Origin: a phage
DNA length: 64,000 bases
Assembly: GCA_014686985.1 (NCBI GenBank)
Contig: GCA_014686985.1_3627.1
Strand: one strand, 5' to 3'
A model generated the notes under the pieces. That model had not been told where the DNA came from. It was given only the letters and a program-made list of their open reading frames with translations, and made no database searches. This document shows, piece after piece, positions 26,862 to 37,218 of the stretch (within the stretch, counting starts at the first letter, position 1; each line of letters opens with the position of its first letter). Made by a program: the position numbers and the translations under genes.

Positions 26862-27335
26862 CTAGTCTACCTGGACCCAACCGCCTGATACTTTTTTAAA
26901 CATTCTTTGGTTATCACTGCCTCGGAACGGTTTCTTGGTTGGTAAATCTTTTACATACTTACCGTCAATGATGATATCAGCCAGTTTAAGAACATCACTA
27001 GAGATATGGTCAAATGTGAACCCAGTATATACAAGAATAGTTTTCTTGTCACCAAATTTTTCCTTAATTTTCTCCATCAGGCTAATAATATCTGGCTCAT
27101 TATAGTATGCTAAGGGTTCTCCACCCAGTAGAGAGATACCGCACACAGACGGGTTATCTAAATCTGACAAGATTTTTTGCAAGTCTTCTTCAGTGAACTT
27201 CCTCCCCTTATCTTTTGACCAAAATGCCTGATTAAAGCAACCAGGGCAAGCGTGTGGGCACCCAGATACCCACAAGGCAGTTCTAATACCTGGTCCTTCG
27301 GTGTAAGATATTTCTGTGTATCCAGCAATGTTCAT
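26862..27335 (-). CDS. nrdG: anaerobic ribonucleotide reductase activating protein
   Basis: radical-SAM-type cysteine cluster CPHACPGC; immediately downstream of nrdD. Confidence 0.8.
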   Translation of the reverse strand: MNIAGYTEISYTEGPGIRTALWVSGCPHACPGCFNQAFWSKDKGRKFTEEDLQKILSDLDNPSVCGISLLGGEPLAYYNEPDIISLMEKIKEKFGDKKTILVYTGFTFDHISSDVLKLADIIIDGKYVKDLPTKKPFRGSDNQRMFKKVSGGWVQVD

Positions 27336-27448
27336 AGATACTCCGCATCACATTTAGGGCAATGCCAAATAAAATCGTCTAGTGCCTTGCACCAACGAAG
27401 ATTACAACTACAGCCGCACTTGCAAATTTTATAAATACCTGATGACAT
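27332..27448 (-). CDS. small cysteine-rich protein (36 aa, zinc-ribbon-like)
   Basis: hand-traced MSSGIYKICKCGCSCNLRWCKALDDFIWHCPKCDAEYL; GGAGG RBS; stop overlaps nrdG start. Confidence 0.5.
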   Translation of the reverse strand: MSSGIYKICKCGCSCNLRWCKALDDFIWHCPKCDAEYL

Positions 27449-27511
27449 ACTGCACCTCCTAGCTCACTGTGTGTCAATAATATGCCACATCCTTGTGGCT
27501 TTTGTCAAGAA

Positions 27512-29635
27512 TCAGCAACCACAACTTCCGTAGTGCTTAACTCGCTCGATAACTTCCGCTTGCTTACCTTTATTGTAAGGACGGGAGTTAGGACTGGAAA
27601 GGTATCCAGACACACGTCGAATTACACTGATCGTTCCCTCTTCATGGTTTCCACACTCTGGGCATACAAAGCCTTTAGCTGTTGCACTGAACTCACCAGA
27701 GAAACCACACTTGAGACATTTATCCACAGGTTGGTTAATACCAAAATACATAATGTGTTTATACCCGAAGTCAACAAGAGCCTCTAAAGCATCCAGGTTG
27801 TTTTTCAGGTTAGGTGTTTCTACGTATCCGATGTTGCCACCAGAGGAGATCATAGCAAAACCTTCCTCATACTCCCACTTATCAAAAGGAGAGCTATTTA
27901 TCCATACTGGCTGATGGAAACTGTTGGTGAGATATTCATGCTCGTGCTTCAACACTTCCGGATATTCACGATCCAGACAGGTTGCAGCTTTATAGCATAG
28001 ACTCTCAGAAGGAGTGCCGTACAAGCTAAATGCTAGTCTACTTTCCTTCTTGTATCGCTCACAAGCATCTCTCATGTGCTGAAGGATTCCAAGAGCTAAA
28101 GCCTTGTCACCCTCTCTGCCCAAAATCTGACAGGTTTCATACACACCGATATACCCAATACTGATGGAAGCGTACCCGTCATAGAAGAGTTTATCAATAC
28201 TCTCTTCAGGATCCAGGCGAGCAAGAGCGCCTTCACACCACATGATGGGGTTCCGCCCTGCCTTTGTTCCTTTTAGACGATTAACCCTTACAAGGTGAGC
28301 CTCGTATGCAAGATCCAAGTATTCGTCAAGAACTGCAAAGAAATCAACACCTTCCGTCTTGGCTTTTGCCGCAATCATTGGCAGGTTAAGGCTAACAACG
28401 CCTAAGTTAAATCTGCCAAGGTATTTCTCCTCGCCTGTTTCCAAGTCATTGTATTTGCTAAGAAAACTCCTGCAACCCATGCTAGTTACTTTGCCATCTG
28501 TCGAGCCTGTCACTTTTCTATTTAGTGGTACAGATACGAAGTCAGGATAGATACGTTCTGCACAGCATTCCAGAGCTAATCGTTTCAAATCATAGTTAGG
28601 ATCCCCAGGGTTCATGTTGACACCCTCTTCAAGGAAGAACAGCACTTTAGGGAACACAGGTGTGATACGTTCTTCACCAAGACCCATTTTGTGGACTTTC
28701 AAGTAATTTTTGGTAATCATTCTACCAAAGACCGAGGTATCCAGTCCTAAACTTAATGTGATGAATGGAGTTTGCCCGTTGACAGAAGTTAACGTATTGA
28801 TTTGATAGAGCAAAGTCTGCATGCTGTCAAATACGTCTTTATCTGTCATTTGCATTGCAACAGTCTCAGCATCCGGCAACCAATGTTCCTGGCAAAATTT
28901 AAGGTTCTTCTCATAGGTTGCTTCAGCATACTGTGCCAGATAATGATCAATATGGCTCATAGTCTGACCACCATATTGAGCACTAGCTACCGCACTAGAG
29001 ATTTGGCTAAGGATTGTTGTTGCAACCCCTATTGACTTCGGCTTACTGACATGGGCGTTACCAATGTTGAATCCGTTTTCCAACATATCTGGATAATTTA
29101 CCAAACAACAGTTTGTTAACGGACTGATCAAGTAGTCAAGATCATGCACATGGATGAAGCCTCTATTGTGCTCTTCTGAGACACGGTCTGGCAGGATCTG
29201 TGTTGATGCAAGGTGTTTGCTAAGGATGCCTGCAAGCAGGTCACGATGAGTGTGTACATGATTGGTAGGCTTATTTGCGTTTTCTTTTGTAAATTCATCA
29301 CAAGTGCGATCCAAGAAGCCACTAATATCTGCAAGCAGTTTTCCACCTGCCTCTCTATTATTATCTCTTGTCTGCCTATACTGGATGTATTCTCTGGCTG
29401 CACATTTTAAACCCATATCCATAAGAGCGTCTTCAACAAGGATATGGATATTTTTTACAGAGATCGTGCACTGGTCGGTTGGTAGAGTGTTAGCAACAAC
29501 TTCATTAACCGCGCAGGCGATCCGGTAAGCTTCTTCTTCAGTATGTCCAGACTCAAGTAAGGCGGACTCTGCCGCCTTGATCACCTTAATTCCGTTATAG
29601 ACCTCTTCTCTACCGTCCCGTTTTACAACTTTCAC
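27512..29635 (-). CDS. nrdD: anaerobic ribonucleoside-triphosphate reductase (class III)
   Basis: N-terminal ATP-cone (MKVVKRDGREEVYNGIKVIKA), C-terminal glycyl-radical motif RRVSGYL, 707 aa. Confidence 0.85.
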   Translation of the reverse strand: MKVVKRDGREEVYNGIKVIKAAESALLESGHTEEEAYRIACAVNEVVANTLPTDQCTISVKNIHILVEDALMDMGLKCAAREYIQYRQTRDNNREAGGKLLADISGFLDRTCDEFTKENANKPTNHVHTHRDLLAGILSKHLASTQILPDRVSEEHNRGFIHVHDLDYLISPLTNCCLVNYPDMLENGFNIGNAHVSKPKSIGVATTILSQISSAVASAQYGGQTMSHIDHYLAQYAEATYEKNLKFCQEHWLPDAETVAMQMTDKDVFDSMQTLLYQINTLTSVNGQTPFITLSLGLDTSVFGRMITKNYLKVHKMGLGEERITPVFPKVLFFLEEGVNMNPGDPNYDLKRLALECCAERIYPDFVSVPLNRKVTGSTDGKVTSMGCRSFLSKYNDLETGEEKYLGRFNLGVVSLNLPMIAAKAKTEGVDFFAVLDEYLDLAYEAHLVRVNRLKGTKAGRNPIMWCEGALARLDPEESIDKLFYDGYASISIGYIGVYETCQILGREGDKALALGILQHMRDACERYKKESRLAFSLYGTPSESLCYKAATCLDREYPEVLKHEHEYLTNSFHQPVWINSSPFDKWEYEEGFAMISSGGNIGYVETPNLKNNLDALEALVDFGYKHIMYFGINQPVDKCLKCGFSGEFSATAKGFVCPECGNHEEGTISVIRRVSGYLSSPNSRPYNKGKQAEVIERVKHYGSCGC

Positions 29636-29910
29636 TTTTTCTCTCCAAAACCATTCTTAACAAAAGAGATGAAATCGTCGGCACCGCCTATATGGACACT
29701 TTCAAGATTACTTTCTAAGAAGATCTGCGGCAACGTTCTGGGTACGATTGGACTGCACTTCTCAATAAGCTCTTCTTTTGTGTAACCCTCGCCAAGTGTC
29801 TTATATACAAAAGGCAGACCCTTACTGACTGCAAATTCTTTTGCTCTTACACAATGTGGGCAGTTATCTTTACCGTAAATAATAAAGAAAAAAGATTTTT
29901 CACAGCTCAT
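29632..29910 (-). CDS. glutaredoxin/thioredoxin-like protein
   Basis: CPHC active site in a 92-aa protein between nrdB and nrdD. Confidence 0.75.
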   Translation of the reverse strand: MSCEKSFFFIIYGKDNCPHCVRAKEFAVSKGLPFVYKTLGEGYTKEELIEKCSPIVPRTLPQIFLESNLESVHIGGADDFISFVKNGFGEKK

Positions 29911-29913
29911 GTA

Positions 29914-31002
29914 TTAAAACTCCCAAATTTCTTCTTCAGCGTCGTTAACAGTTGTGTTGACGCGGTAGTCAGTGTTCGACATTTCTTGGTTCGCCGTCTG
30001 TTGCAATGAAGGTTTCATCCACACCTGCATAAACGGTAGAGGGTCCTTTGTTGGCGGCACAAAGTCTTTGTCGATGTCGTAGTAATCATAAATCGGTGAG
30101 CAGTTATAGTCAACCCATTCTTTAAGCAACGGTGAGTTAAGACCTATAATCGCTCTTCCTTCGCTGAAAATATAGTCACTCCAACCGTACTCTTTGGTTC
30201 GTACTTCATCAAGAATCTCTTTTAACTCCCCTTTTATCTCAAGGAAGCTTTTCTCCCATGCGGGATCATTAAGCAGGATATCAATGATGGCAAAATCACC
30301 TTTCGAATGTAGCATTTCGTCAAGCATGATTTTTTGAACAAGCTGCGCCACCTGAACAAAGATACCCTGTTCAGCTACTGCGAAAGTGCATGCAAAACTT
30401 GCAATAAACTCAATACTTTCCAGAGCTAAAAGTGCAAAAAGCGCTCTAAGAATGCATTTCCGCACAACATCTTCTTCAACACTAGAAGGATCCAGTCGGT
30501 ATTTTGCACCAATAACCTCAAGCTCTTGCATGTATTTGACAATAACGCCGGATCTGCTCAGAACGTTTTGGTTTTCCTGAATCTCTTCTATAATCTCACG
30601 GGCATTGGGGAGGCATTGTCTAACAATCTCTGAGTAAGTTAGTGCGTGAAGAACTTCAATCTCTGACTGTTTCATCAATAGAGTGAAAAGCTCACTATTG
30701 GTGATAAATGGTGAAAACAGACAAATGATAGATCTTGCCGCAACGCTATCAGCCTCCCATTGCCACATCAAGGTCTGCACCATCACGTCATAAGTTGACT
30801 TTGAGCATGTTACAAAATCTGAAATAGATTGCGACAAATCCACTTCATCCTCTGCCCAGTCTTGTTCTTTTTGTTTTTTGTATAGTTCAAACAGTTGTGG
30901 ATATTTTTTGTTGATAGAGTCGTACATACCCATTTGCTGTCCTAGAAACAGCGGATAGTCACCAGTTTTATGAGCGGTGTTCTCAGCATTAAATACAGCC
31001 AT
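29914..31002 (-). CDS. nrdB: ribonucleotide reductase small subunit (class Ia, beta)
   Basis: 362 aa directly downstream of nrdA; size and position typical of the R2 subunit. Confidence 0.8.
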   Translation of the reverse strand: MAVFNAENTAHKTGDYPLFLGQQMGMYDSINKKYPQLFELYKKQKEQDWAEDEVDLSQSISDFVTCSKSTYDVMVQTLMWQWEADSVAARSIICLFSPFITNSELFTLLMKQSEIEVLHALTYSEIVRQCLPNAREIIEEIQENQNVLSRSGVIVKYMQELEVIGAKYRLDPSSVEEDVVRKCILRALFALLALESIEFIASFACTFAVAEQGIFVQVAQLVQKIMLDEMLHSKGDFAIIDILLNDPAWEKSFLEIKGELKEILDEVRTKEYGWSDYIFSEGRAIIGLNSPLLKEWVDYNCSPIYDYYDIDKDFVPPTKDPLPFMQVWMKPSLQQTANQEMSNTDYRVNTTVNDAEEEIWEF

Positions 31003-31041
31003 TATTCTAACCTCTAAAATGGGGCCGAAGCCCCTTTAAAA

Positions 31042-33357
31042 TTATAGTGCACAACTTTCGCAATACTGATCTTCAACTGAACTATCTGCATTCAAAGGAT
31101 AGTCCTTTCTGGTTTCATCTTCAGCCTGTTTCTTGGCATGAAGTTCCTCTGCCAAGGAGTCGCCAGCACCAACCCTAGAGTTTAAATAATACCATGTCTT
31201 CATTCCGAATTTAGTGGCACGGATAAGGTACCCTAGCTGCTCCTTCATTGAAATTTTACCATCTTTCAACTTGGTGTAGTCTATGTACAAATCCGCGCTG
31301 ATTGCCTGACCTGTGAATTTTTGAATCACAGCATACATATCGATCATGTCGTTAGTATCAACGTCCCAAGCCGAAGTGTAATACTCTTTCAACTCATCAT
31401 AGTCAGGAACGATAAACAGCACCTGCCCTTGTGGCGACTTTTTAAAGATAATGTGCTCACGGACAGGATAGACCCCGTTAGTGGTGTTTGTTGCCAGCGA
31501 AGAGCTTTCATTAGGCATATATGCTTCAAGAACGCTATTACGTAGCCCACCATTTTCAATGATTTCTTTACGTAACCCTTCCCAATCCTGTTTAAGAGAA
31601 GGATCTTTCACCACGCTATCGACCTCTTTGTTATAGGTGTCGATTGGTAACCAACCTTCTGGATATTTTGTTTTATGCATCCACTCGCAGACACCACGCT
31701 CTTTTGCCAACCGTAAACTTGCCTTATGCAAGCTGTAGCTGTGAAGTTCTGCAAGATCGTGAACGAGCTGTTTACTTTCAGGAGATCCGTAAGTAACCTT
31801 GTGGCTGGCAATAAAATGTGCAACATTGGTAAGGCCAACCCCGATGGATCTGCGTTTTTTAACTGTGCTTTCCATATTTTCATACGGATATGTCATGATT
31901 TCCATAACATTGTCAATCATAAGCACCGTATAGTATGCAACATCCTCATACTCCTCTGGAGTAACCCTCCCAGCTACAAGAGATGACAGGAAGCACAATG
32001 CAACCTCTCCATCATCAGCATCGTACTTGAAGATATTACGCATATCTGAATAGCCTTTTGTCGGGAGGGCTATTTCTGCACACAGGTTACTTGAATAGAT
32101 CACATCTTTAAAAGGTGTATGTCTATTCATCTCATCTGTCCAGTATACATACAGCCTTCCCACCTCAGTACGCTGCGTGATCAGTTCAACAGCAAGATCT
32201 CTGGCCCGGATCCATGTTTTAGGAATACTGTCATCTTTAGCAATACGATCAACCTCTGCATCAAACTCCTCCATAGACATGGTGAAGATACCCTCATGCA
32301 GTTGAGGCGCGTGCTTATAAGAAACAAGCATCCAATCCAAATTCTTAGCCACACGGTTGATAAACGACCTATTAATACCGATGGAGTAGTCCATGGTGTT
32401 GATTCTTTTTGAAGCAACAGTCATAGGGTTTCTCAAACGGATTAGCTCATCAATCTGCGGGTCTAGTGCAAGAAATGATACTGTTGCAGAACCGCCACGT
32501 GATTGTTGTCTGTTCTCCTTAACCCCAGCATCAATACCTCTATAATATGGAATCTTACCCATATGTTTAATAGTGTTACCACGAACACCATCGCCTGCAG
32601 ATCTTGATGATAAATAGTAGCCGATACCTGCTTGGTTAACCGTCATTGTGTACGCAACTTCACGTGCCACACCAATAGATTTTGCTGTATCGTCAGCTTT
32701 TATTACACAACAAGATGCATACCCTGTCTTACCTGTGCGCAGCCCGTTTAAGTACGGTGTCGGGGCATTGATCTTTAAGTCGGACAGATAAGTGTATAAT
32801 TTTACAACATCGTTGATACGACGTTCTTTCGGCATATTCTTCATGACAGCCATTGCTATCCCCATAAACATCATCTGGGGAGATTCAAACAAGGTGTCTT
32901 TAAGAGTATCCTTGATCCCGTATTTGTCGCGAAACTGTTTAAGGACTGCATAGCCATAACCGAGATCTTTACTGTGGTCAATAACAGCGTCTAAAGTGTT
33001 TAGCTCGGTAAAGCTATAGCCCATATCCTCCCAATACCCTTTCTCAACCATGGTATTGTAAAATGATGGTAAGGAAGGGATCTTTGTAAACCCTCCAAAA
33101 GCCTCTTTATAAATCTGACCAATAAGAACACGACCAGCCATACGGGAATGTGCTTCGTCTTTACGGCTAACACAGGAGTCTATGATAGCTTGGTTAACTT
33201 CTTTGGTTGTACATCCATCATACAGTCGTTTGTATGCATCCAGTGCAATGTGTGACCAATTGCCGTTACCGTCGTCACCGAAAATAGCTGCCTTATTTAA
33301 ACGTTCTGGATCGAATGCCACTTCACATCCGTTGCTTTTAATTACCTTGGTGATCAA
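31042..33357 (-). CDS. nrdA: ribonucleotide reductase large subunit (class Ia, alpha)
   Basis: N-terminal ATP-cone (VIKSNGCEVAFDPERL), 771 aa, C-terminal CESC pair. Confidence 0.85.
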   Translation of the reverse strand: MITKVIKSNGCEVAFDPERLNKAAIFGDDGNGNWSHIALDAYKRLYDGCTTKEVNQAIIDSCVSRKDEAHSRMAGRVLIGQIYKEAFGGFTKIPSLPSFYNTMVEKGYWEDMGYSFTELNTLDAVIDHSKDLGYGYAVLKQFRDKYGIKDTLKDTLFESPQMMFMGIAMAVMKNMPKERRINDVVKLYTYLSDLKINAPTPYLNGLRTGKTGYASCCVIKADDTAKSIGVAREVAYTMTVNQAGIGYYLSSRSAGDGVRGNTIKHMGKIPYYRGIDAGVKENRQQSRGGSATVSFLALDPQIDELIRLRNPMTVASKRINTMDYSIGINRSFINRVAKNLDWMLVSYKHAPQLHEGIFTMSMEEFDAEVDRIAKDDSIPKTWIRARDLAVELITQRTEVGRLYVYWTDEMNRHTPFKDVIYSSNLCAEIALPTKGYSDMRNIFKYDADDGEVALCFLSSLVAGRVTPEEYEDVAYYTVLMIDNVMEIMTYPYENMESTVKKRRSIGVGLTNVAHFIASHKVTYGSPESKQLVHDLAELHSYSLHKASLRLAKERGVCEWMHKTKYPEGWLPIDTYNKEVDSVVKDPSLKQDWEGLRKEIIENGGLRNSVLEAYMPNESSSLATNTTNGVYPVREHIIFKKSPQGQVLFIVPDYDELKEYYTSAWDVDTNDMIDMYAVIQKFTGQAISADLYIDYTKLKDGKISMKEQLGYLIRATKFGMKTWYYLNSRVGAGDSLAEELHAKKQAEDETRKDYPLNADSSVEDQYCESCAL

Positions 33358-33584
33358 TTTGCTTCCTCCACTTCACTAACGTATTTATCAAGGCAGGTAT
33401 CAGTATCTTGCTGGATAAAAGTATCCTCTTCTACAGAGATATTTATAATTTTACCTGTATACTCGTCATAATAGACATCATCATACATTTTAATATCGTT
33501 TGTCAGGCCATTGAACCAAAGCCAACCAACATACTCTGCCCGACTTGCAAAACCAAGATCCTTCCACTTGGAGTTATGACTCAT
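33354..33584 (-). CDS. hypothetical protein (76 aa)
   Basis: start placed at ATG (MSHNSKWKDLGF...) after AAGGTGGTG RBS. Confidence 0.5.
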   Translation of the reverse strand: MSHNSKWKDLGFASRAEYVGWLWFNGLTNDIKMYDDVYYDEYTGKIINISVEEDTFIQQDTDTCLDKYVSEVEEAN

Positions 33585-33594
33585 CTTCACCACC

Positions 33595-34095
33595 TTAGCT
33601 TTCAATACCGAATAATTTTTCCAGGCGATGCAGATCTTCAAAATTGAAAGGTTCATCAACAATATGAATATCTTCAGCCTTTTCAGATTGTTTTGTATAC
33701 TTTCTTACATTAACACGATCCTCTACAGGGATATCATACGGAAGATCTTGAACAAGCATTGCCTCACCGGGTGCTTTATCTACATCTAAAATATCTACAC
33801 CGTTATACATTTGCGGGTATCTAAAGTCTGCACGCATAACACCAGCAAATACATCTGCCTTTCGATAATGTGTTGGCTTATTTCTGCATCGAACGTTTTT
33901 TCCACGAAGAACATCAATACTTTTTAAATCAAACCCTACGGCAAAGAGTGCAGCTCGGAGACCGTTTCGTGTGCGAACGTTAAACCCGGGAACAGTAGAT
34001 AGGAAATCCAAAGTAACTGAAATAAATGTCTTTTTAGGAATCATAACATTACTCATATCTGTCTCCATTTCTGGCTCACTAACAAAGTGAGCCAT
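33595..34095 (-). CDS. hypothetical protein (166 aa), nucleotide-metabolism context
   Basis: ORF track; sits between nrdA and thyX-like gene; no motif recognised with confidence. Confidence 0.5.
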   Translation of the reverse strand: MAHFVSEPEMETDMSNVMIPKKTFISVTLDFLSTVPGFNVRTRNGLRAALFAVGFDLKSIDVLRGKNVRCRNKPTHYRKADVFAGVMRADFRYPQMYNGVDILDVDKAPGEAMLVQDLPYDIPVEDRVNVRKYTKQSEKAEDIHIVDEPFNFEDLHRLEKLFGIES

Positions 34096-34154
34096 TATTA
34101 TAGATTATCTAATACTATTAGTCAACACAAAAATTACCTATCGCTGTGATAGGA

Positions 34155-35138
34155 TTAACCTTTCACGAAGTGGTTATTAAGCAGTTGTCTGTGCTGAACC
34201 CACCCACAAAAGTTGGCAGACCAGAATTTACCATCACGATCTTGATGGGTTACACCTTCCTGCCAAGTACTGATGTCTTGTGTGATTTCACATGAAGACA
34301 GGTAGTAGTTTAAACGTTCCATTGCGTTATCGTGATCCATAGGTGTTGCCTGGTGCTCGTAAGGGCTTGCATGAATACGATCCCCACCAATCAATTTTTT
34401 AGCCACACTGTCTGCCTTTTCAAACGTGCTGTCAATATTTCGATAAGATACTTGTGCACAGCAACTAGCACTGATAGACAGAGCTTCTTTAGTATCGAGG
34501 ATGCAGAGCTTTCCTTCTGTGTCACGTACAGCGTAGTTAAACTCTCCGTCCAAATAAACGTGCTCTACATATGGGGTGTGCCATTGACCCGGTTTAAGGA
34601 TCTCAGGGGTGCTATTCACAAGAGCTTCCCACATGCAATTAGCCAACATCTGAATCGTAGGATCCGCATCGTGCCAGCAACGGAGGTGGAAAAAATTATT
34701 CCACTCGGTGCTTGTTACAACTGTTTTCATGCGTTGAAAAGGCTCCACTAAGCGGTTACATACTTGCTTATGGTAACCAGCAAGGGCGAACTTCTCTGCA
34801 TGCCAAGCGGCGTTTTTTGCAGCTTCTTTCCAAAATTCTTCAGGAGTTAACTCCATGTCAGTGTACTCTACACGGATCTTTTGATCGTGTTCTCCACCAT
34901 CTTCCATCCCTCGCTTATTTACACCGAAGCGAACTGGCATTGCCGGATTCTCCACAATCTGTTGCAGCATCTTGCCGACAGGCACTGCACGGGAAGACAT
35001 GGCGTTTCGGCTGAACACTCGATGTGTCATAAGCTCTGAGTGAATAATTCGAGGATACTCTAGCTCAAAAGTGGTGATACGCTTACCTTTCTCGGAAATG
35101 CTGTCAGCAATAATCTTTGCAGTGCACAGTTTTAGCAT
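34155..35138 (-). CDS. thyX: ThyX-like flavin-dependent thymidylate synthase
   Basis: THRVFSRNAMSSRAV matches the ThyX signature RHRxxSxNExSxRY in most positions; 327 aa with C-terminal extension. Confidence 0.6.
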   Translation of the reverse strand: MLKLCTAKIIADSISEKGKRITTFELEYPRIIHSELMTHRVFSRNAMSSRAVPVGKMLQQIVENPAMPVRFGVNKRGMEDGGEHDQKIRVEYTDMELTPEEFWKEAAKNAAWHAEKFALAGYHKQVCNRLVEPFQRMKTVVTSTEWNNFFHLRCWHDADPTIQMLANCMWEALVNSTPEILKPGQWHTPYVEHVYLDGEFNYAVRDTEGKLCILDTKEALSISASCCAQVSYRNIDSTFEKADSVAKKLIGGDRIHASPYEHQATPMDHDNAMERLNYYLSSCEITQDISTWQEGVTHQDRDGKFWSANFCGWVQHRQLLNNHFVKG

Positions 35139-35338
35139 TATTTAGCTCTCCTTGTTTTAATTTTGGAAATTTCGTCTGGGTTTATGTTAGCCTTAAATGC
35201 AAGGTATCTGTTGAACATATCGGAGCACATGTCTTGGGTGATCCTGGAGGCATACACCAGCTTGCCACCCAGATCATATACCTCCAGCCAGTCACCGTAT
35301 CTGACTACAGGATCGCCACCTTTAGAACATCTGCCCAT
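35138..35338 (-). CDS. hypothetical protein (66 aa)
   Basis: ORF track. Confidence 0.5.
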   Translation of the reverse strand: MGRCSKGGDPVVRYGDWLEVYDLGGKLVYASRITQDMCSDMFNRYLAFKANINPDEISKIKTRRAK

Positions 35339-35339
35339 T

Positions 35340-35933
35340 TCAAATACCTTCTAAAAACTTTCCTATTTTATACCAGCTATTAGTGGTATAGTCAACACTG
35401 ACCTTTAACTCCTCGAATTGCTCATAAGGTGTGTCTTTTAGGATTTTAATAACTTCAGGTCGTGAAGCGAATTGGTTCAGGTATTCATGCCTGTCGTCAA
35501 TTATAACATCTACAGCCACATTACCTTTGAAATGTGTGGCGTAGAAGCCGTGACCCTGGGTGTGATCATCCAGATCCATAAAATCACTGGTCCAACGCTT
35601 TAAGAACCTTGATTTAGATGCAAGGTGACCTTTCTTGCATACCGAGATAAATGCGAGCTTGTGACCGCGAGCCACCAAATCTTTCATAACCTCAATAGCC
35701 CCCTCTTCAGGCTTAAGGAAGTCGTAGAGGAACGGATCACTCCAGAAATCAAAAGGTCCTATGATGTTTTCTTTGGGGCGATCAGGCCAATACTTTGACA
35801 GATCGTAATACATCAGCCCATTAGAAGGTTTAACGACTGTCTTACTGGCTGGACCATACAAACGCTCCAACCACTCCCACCATGCTGTTCCTGAATCTAC
35901 CAGTGTCAAATCTACATCAATTCCGATTAACAT
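35340..35933 (-). CDS. HAD-superfamily phosphatase, 5'(3')-deoxyribonucleotidase-like
   Basis: N-terminal HAD motif I IGIDVDLTLVD (DxDxT). Confidence 0.55.
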   Translation of the reverse strand: MLIGIDVDLTLVDSGTAWWEWLERLYGPASKTVVKPSNGLMYYDLSKYWPDRPKENIIGPFDFWSDPFLYDFLKPEEGAIEVMKDLVARGHKLAFISVCKKGHLASKSRFLKRWTSDFMDLDDHTQGHGFYATHFKGNVAVDVIIDDRHEYLNQFASRPEVIKILKDTPYEQFEELKVSVDYTTNSWYKIGKFLEGI

Positions 35934-36544
35934 TCTTCTTGGGCCTCTTTAGCATCAATATACTTGCACACAATCTCCGATGCACATTCCCAAGGTGCAC
36001 CTTCAGGATTTACAACATCGAACTCAATCCCTTTTATTCCGTTCTTTTCCAGACTTAGATAGGTTCTGGAATCATTTCCCCAGTCATATCCGACACGGTG
36101 AATACGGAACAACAACAGATCTCCACCTGTGCTGTATGCGTACTCACTAAGGCATGCCAGCTCCTCTTTGAATCCACCATCGGAGTAAACAACAACCCCT
36201 TTACCTTTAGGGAAATCTTTCTTCAAGGATGTGACTGCGGCCTTACCGAAAGCATCTTCACCAAAGATAGGTTTAATCAGATTTTCACTACAATGGATCA
36301 TCCACTCTCGCGGAGAAACATGCTTACCGTCTATCATTAAGAAAGGGCAAGGCTCTTCTTTGTAGTGGCGGTCATAAAGTGCATTCCAGAGTTGAGGAGT
36401 TACACCAGCTGCCTTAATTGCCACGCTGAAGAGCATCTCCTTAACCTCACGATGGTGTGAGTTAGGAATAGCTTCCAACAAGAGATCTGCAATGTGATCC
36501 TTACCACTACTAGGTGGGGCGTTAAGAACAATAATATCCATCAA
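35927..36544 (-). CDS. deoxynucleoside monophosphate kinase-like P-loop protein
   Basis: IVLNAPPSSGKDHIADLL parallels the T4 gp1 N-terminus (LSGVKRSGKDTTADFI). Confidence 0.6.
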   Translation of the reverse strand: MMDIIVLNAPPSSGKDHIADLLLEAIPNSHHREVKEMLFSVAIKAAGVTPQLWNALYDRHYKEEPCPFLMIDGKHVSPREWMIHCSENLIKPIFGEDAFGKAAVTSLKKDFPKGKGVVVYSDGGFKEELACLSEYAYSTGGDLLLFRIHRVGYDWGNDSRTYLSLEKNGIKGIEFDVVNPEGAPWECASEIVCKYIDAKEAQEEC

Positions 36545-36744
36545 AAACCTCCGTGGTATTCTTCAACTGCATCAATAATACTTTTACACTTATCTACCAG
36601 CTCGTTAGCCACTACAGCATCGTCTTCCCAAACAGCCTCTTCAATCTGATCAAGCAATGATCGCATCTTATCCATCATTTCTGGGATAAAGTTTTCTGAA
36701 AAGCTGTCTGGAACTGTTAACTTTAGTGTCATTGCGGTCTCCAA
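36541..36744 (-). CDS. hypothetical acidic protein (67 aa)
   Basis: ORF track. Confidence 0.5.
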   Translation of the reverse strand: METAMTLKLTVPDSFSENFIPEMMDKMRSLLDQIEEAVWEDDAVVANELVDKCKSIIDAVEEYHGGF

Positions 36745-36759
36745 TCATACTATGCGTTA

Positions 36760-37218
36760 TTAGAAGTTTGTTTTTACACGTCCCTTTTCATCTACCTCAT
36801 TGTTAGCTAAAAGCGTTACAAAGTCTGTGAAACGGACATGAAGAACTCTTTTCTTGTCAAGGTATCCTAAAGCCACCCCTGAAAAATTTAGCATCAAGGG
36901 GGCTAAAGAAGCTCTAGCACTGAAATGCTGTTGTTCTACTCTTCCTACACCCTTAGTGTAGGATGGGTTAAGATTGTAAGTTCTGAATCCCAGTTTTGTT
37001 GGAGCTTTAGAATTAAAAACAACTTTATAGCGTTTCTTACTCAACTTATGCTCCAGGATAAGAATTCCCTTATCACCCTTGATAAGTTGAAAATCTGTAA
37101 AGTGCTCTTTTAAGACGAAAGGTAGTGCCAGTCCCATAGCCTGGCCTCTTTGTACCGCTGTCTCACCAAAAGCTTTTGCATCAGTAAGTTCTTTGGTCAA
37201 GTCTATGCTTTTGATCAT
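36760..37218 (-). CDS. hypothetical protein (152 aa)
   Basis: ORF track. Confidence 0.55.
   Translation of the reverse strand: MIKSIDLTKELTDAKAFGETAVQRGQAMGLALPFVLKEHFTDFQLIKGDKGILILEHKLSKKRYKVVFNSKAPTKLGFRTYNLNPSYTKGVGRVEQQHFSARASLAPLMLNFSGVALGYLDKKRVLHVRFTDFVTLLANNEVDEKGRVKTNF

Noticed and set aside
28359-31545. Several plus-strand ORFs (28359-28550, 28802-29035, 29213-29528, 30386-30580, 31321-31545) antisense to nrdD, nrdB and nrdA
   Set aside because: Embedded in long, motif-supported minus-strand genes; no start context
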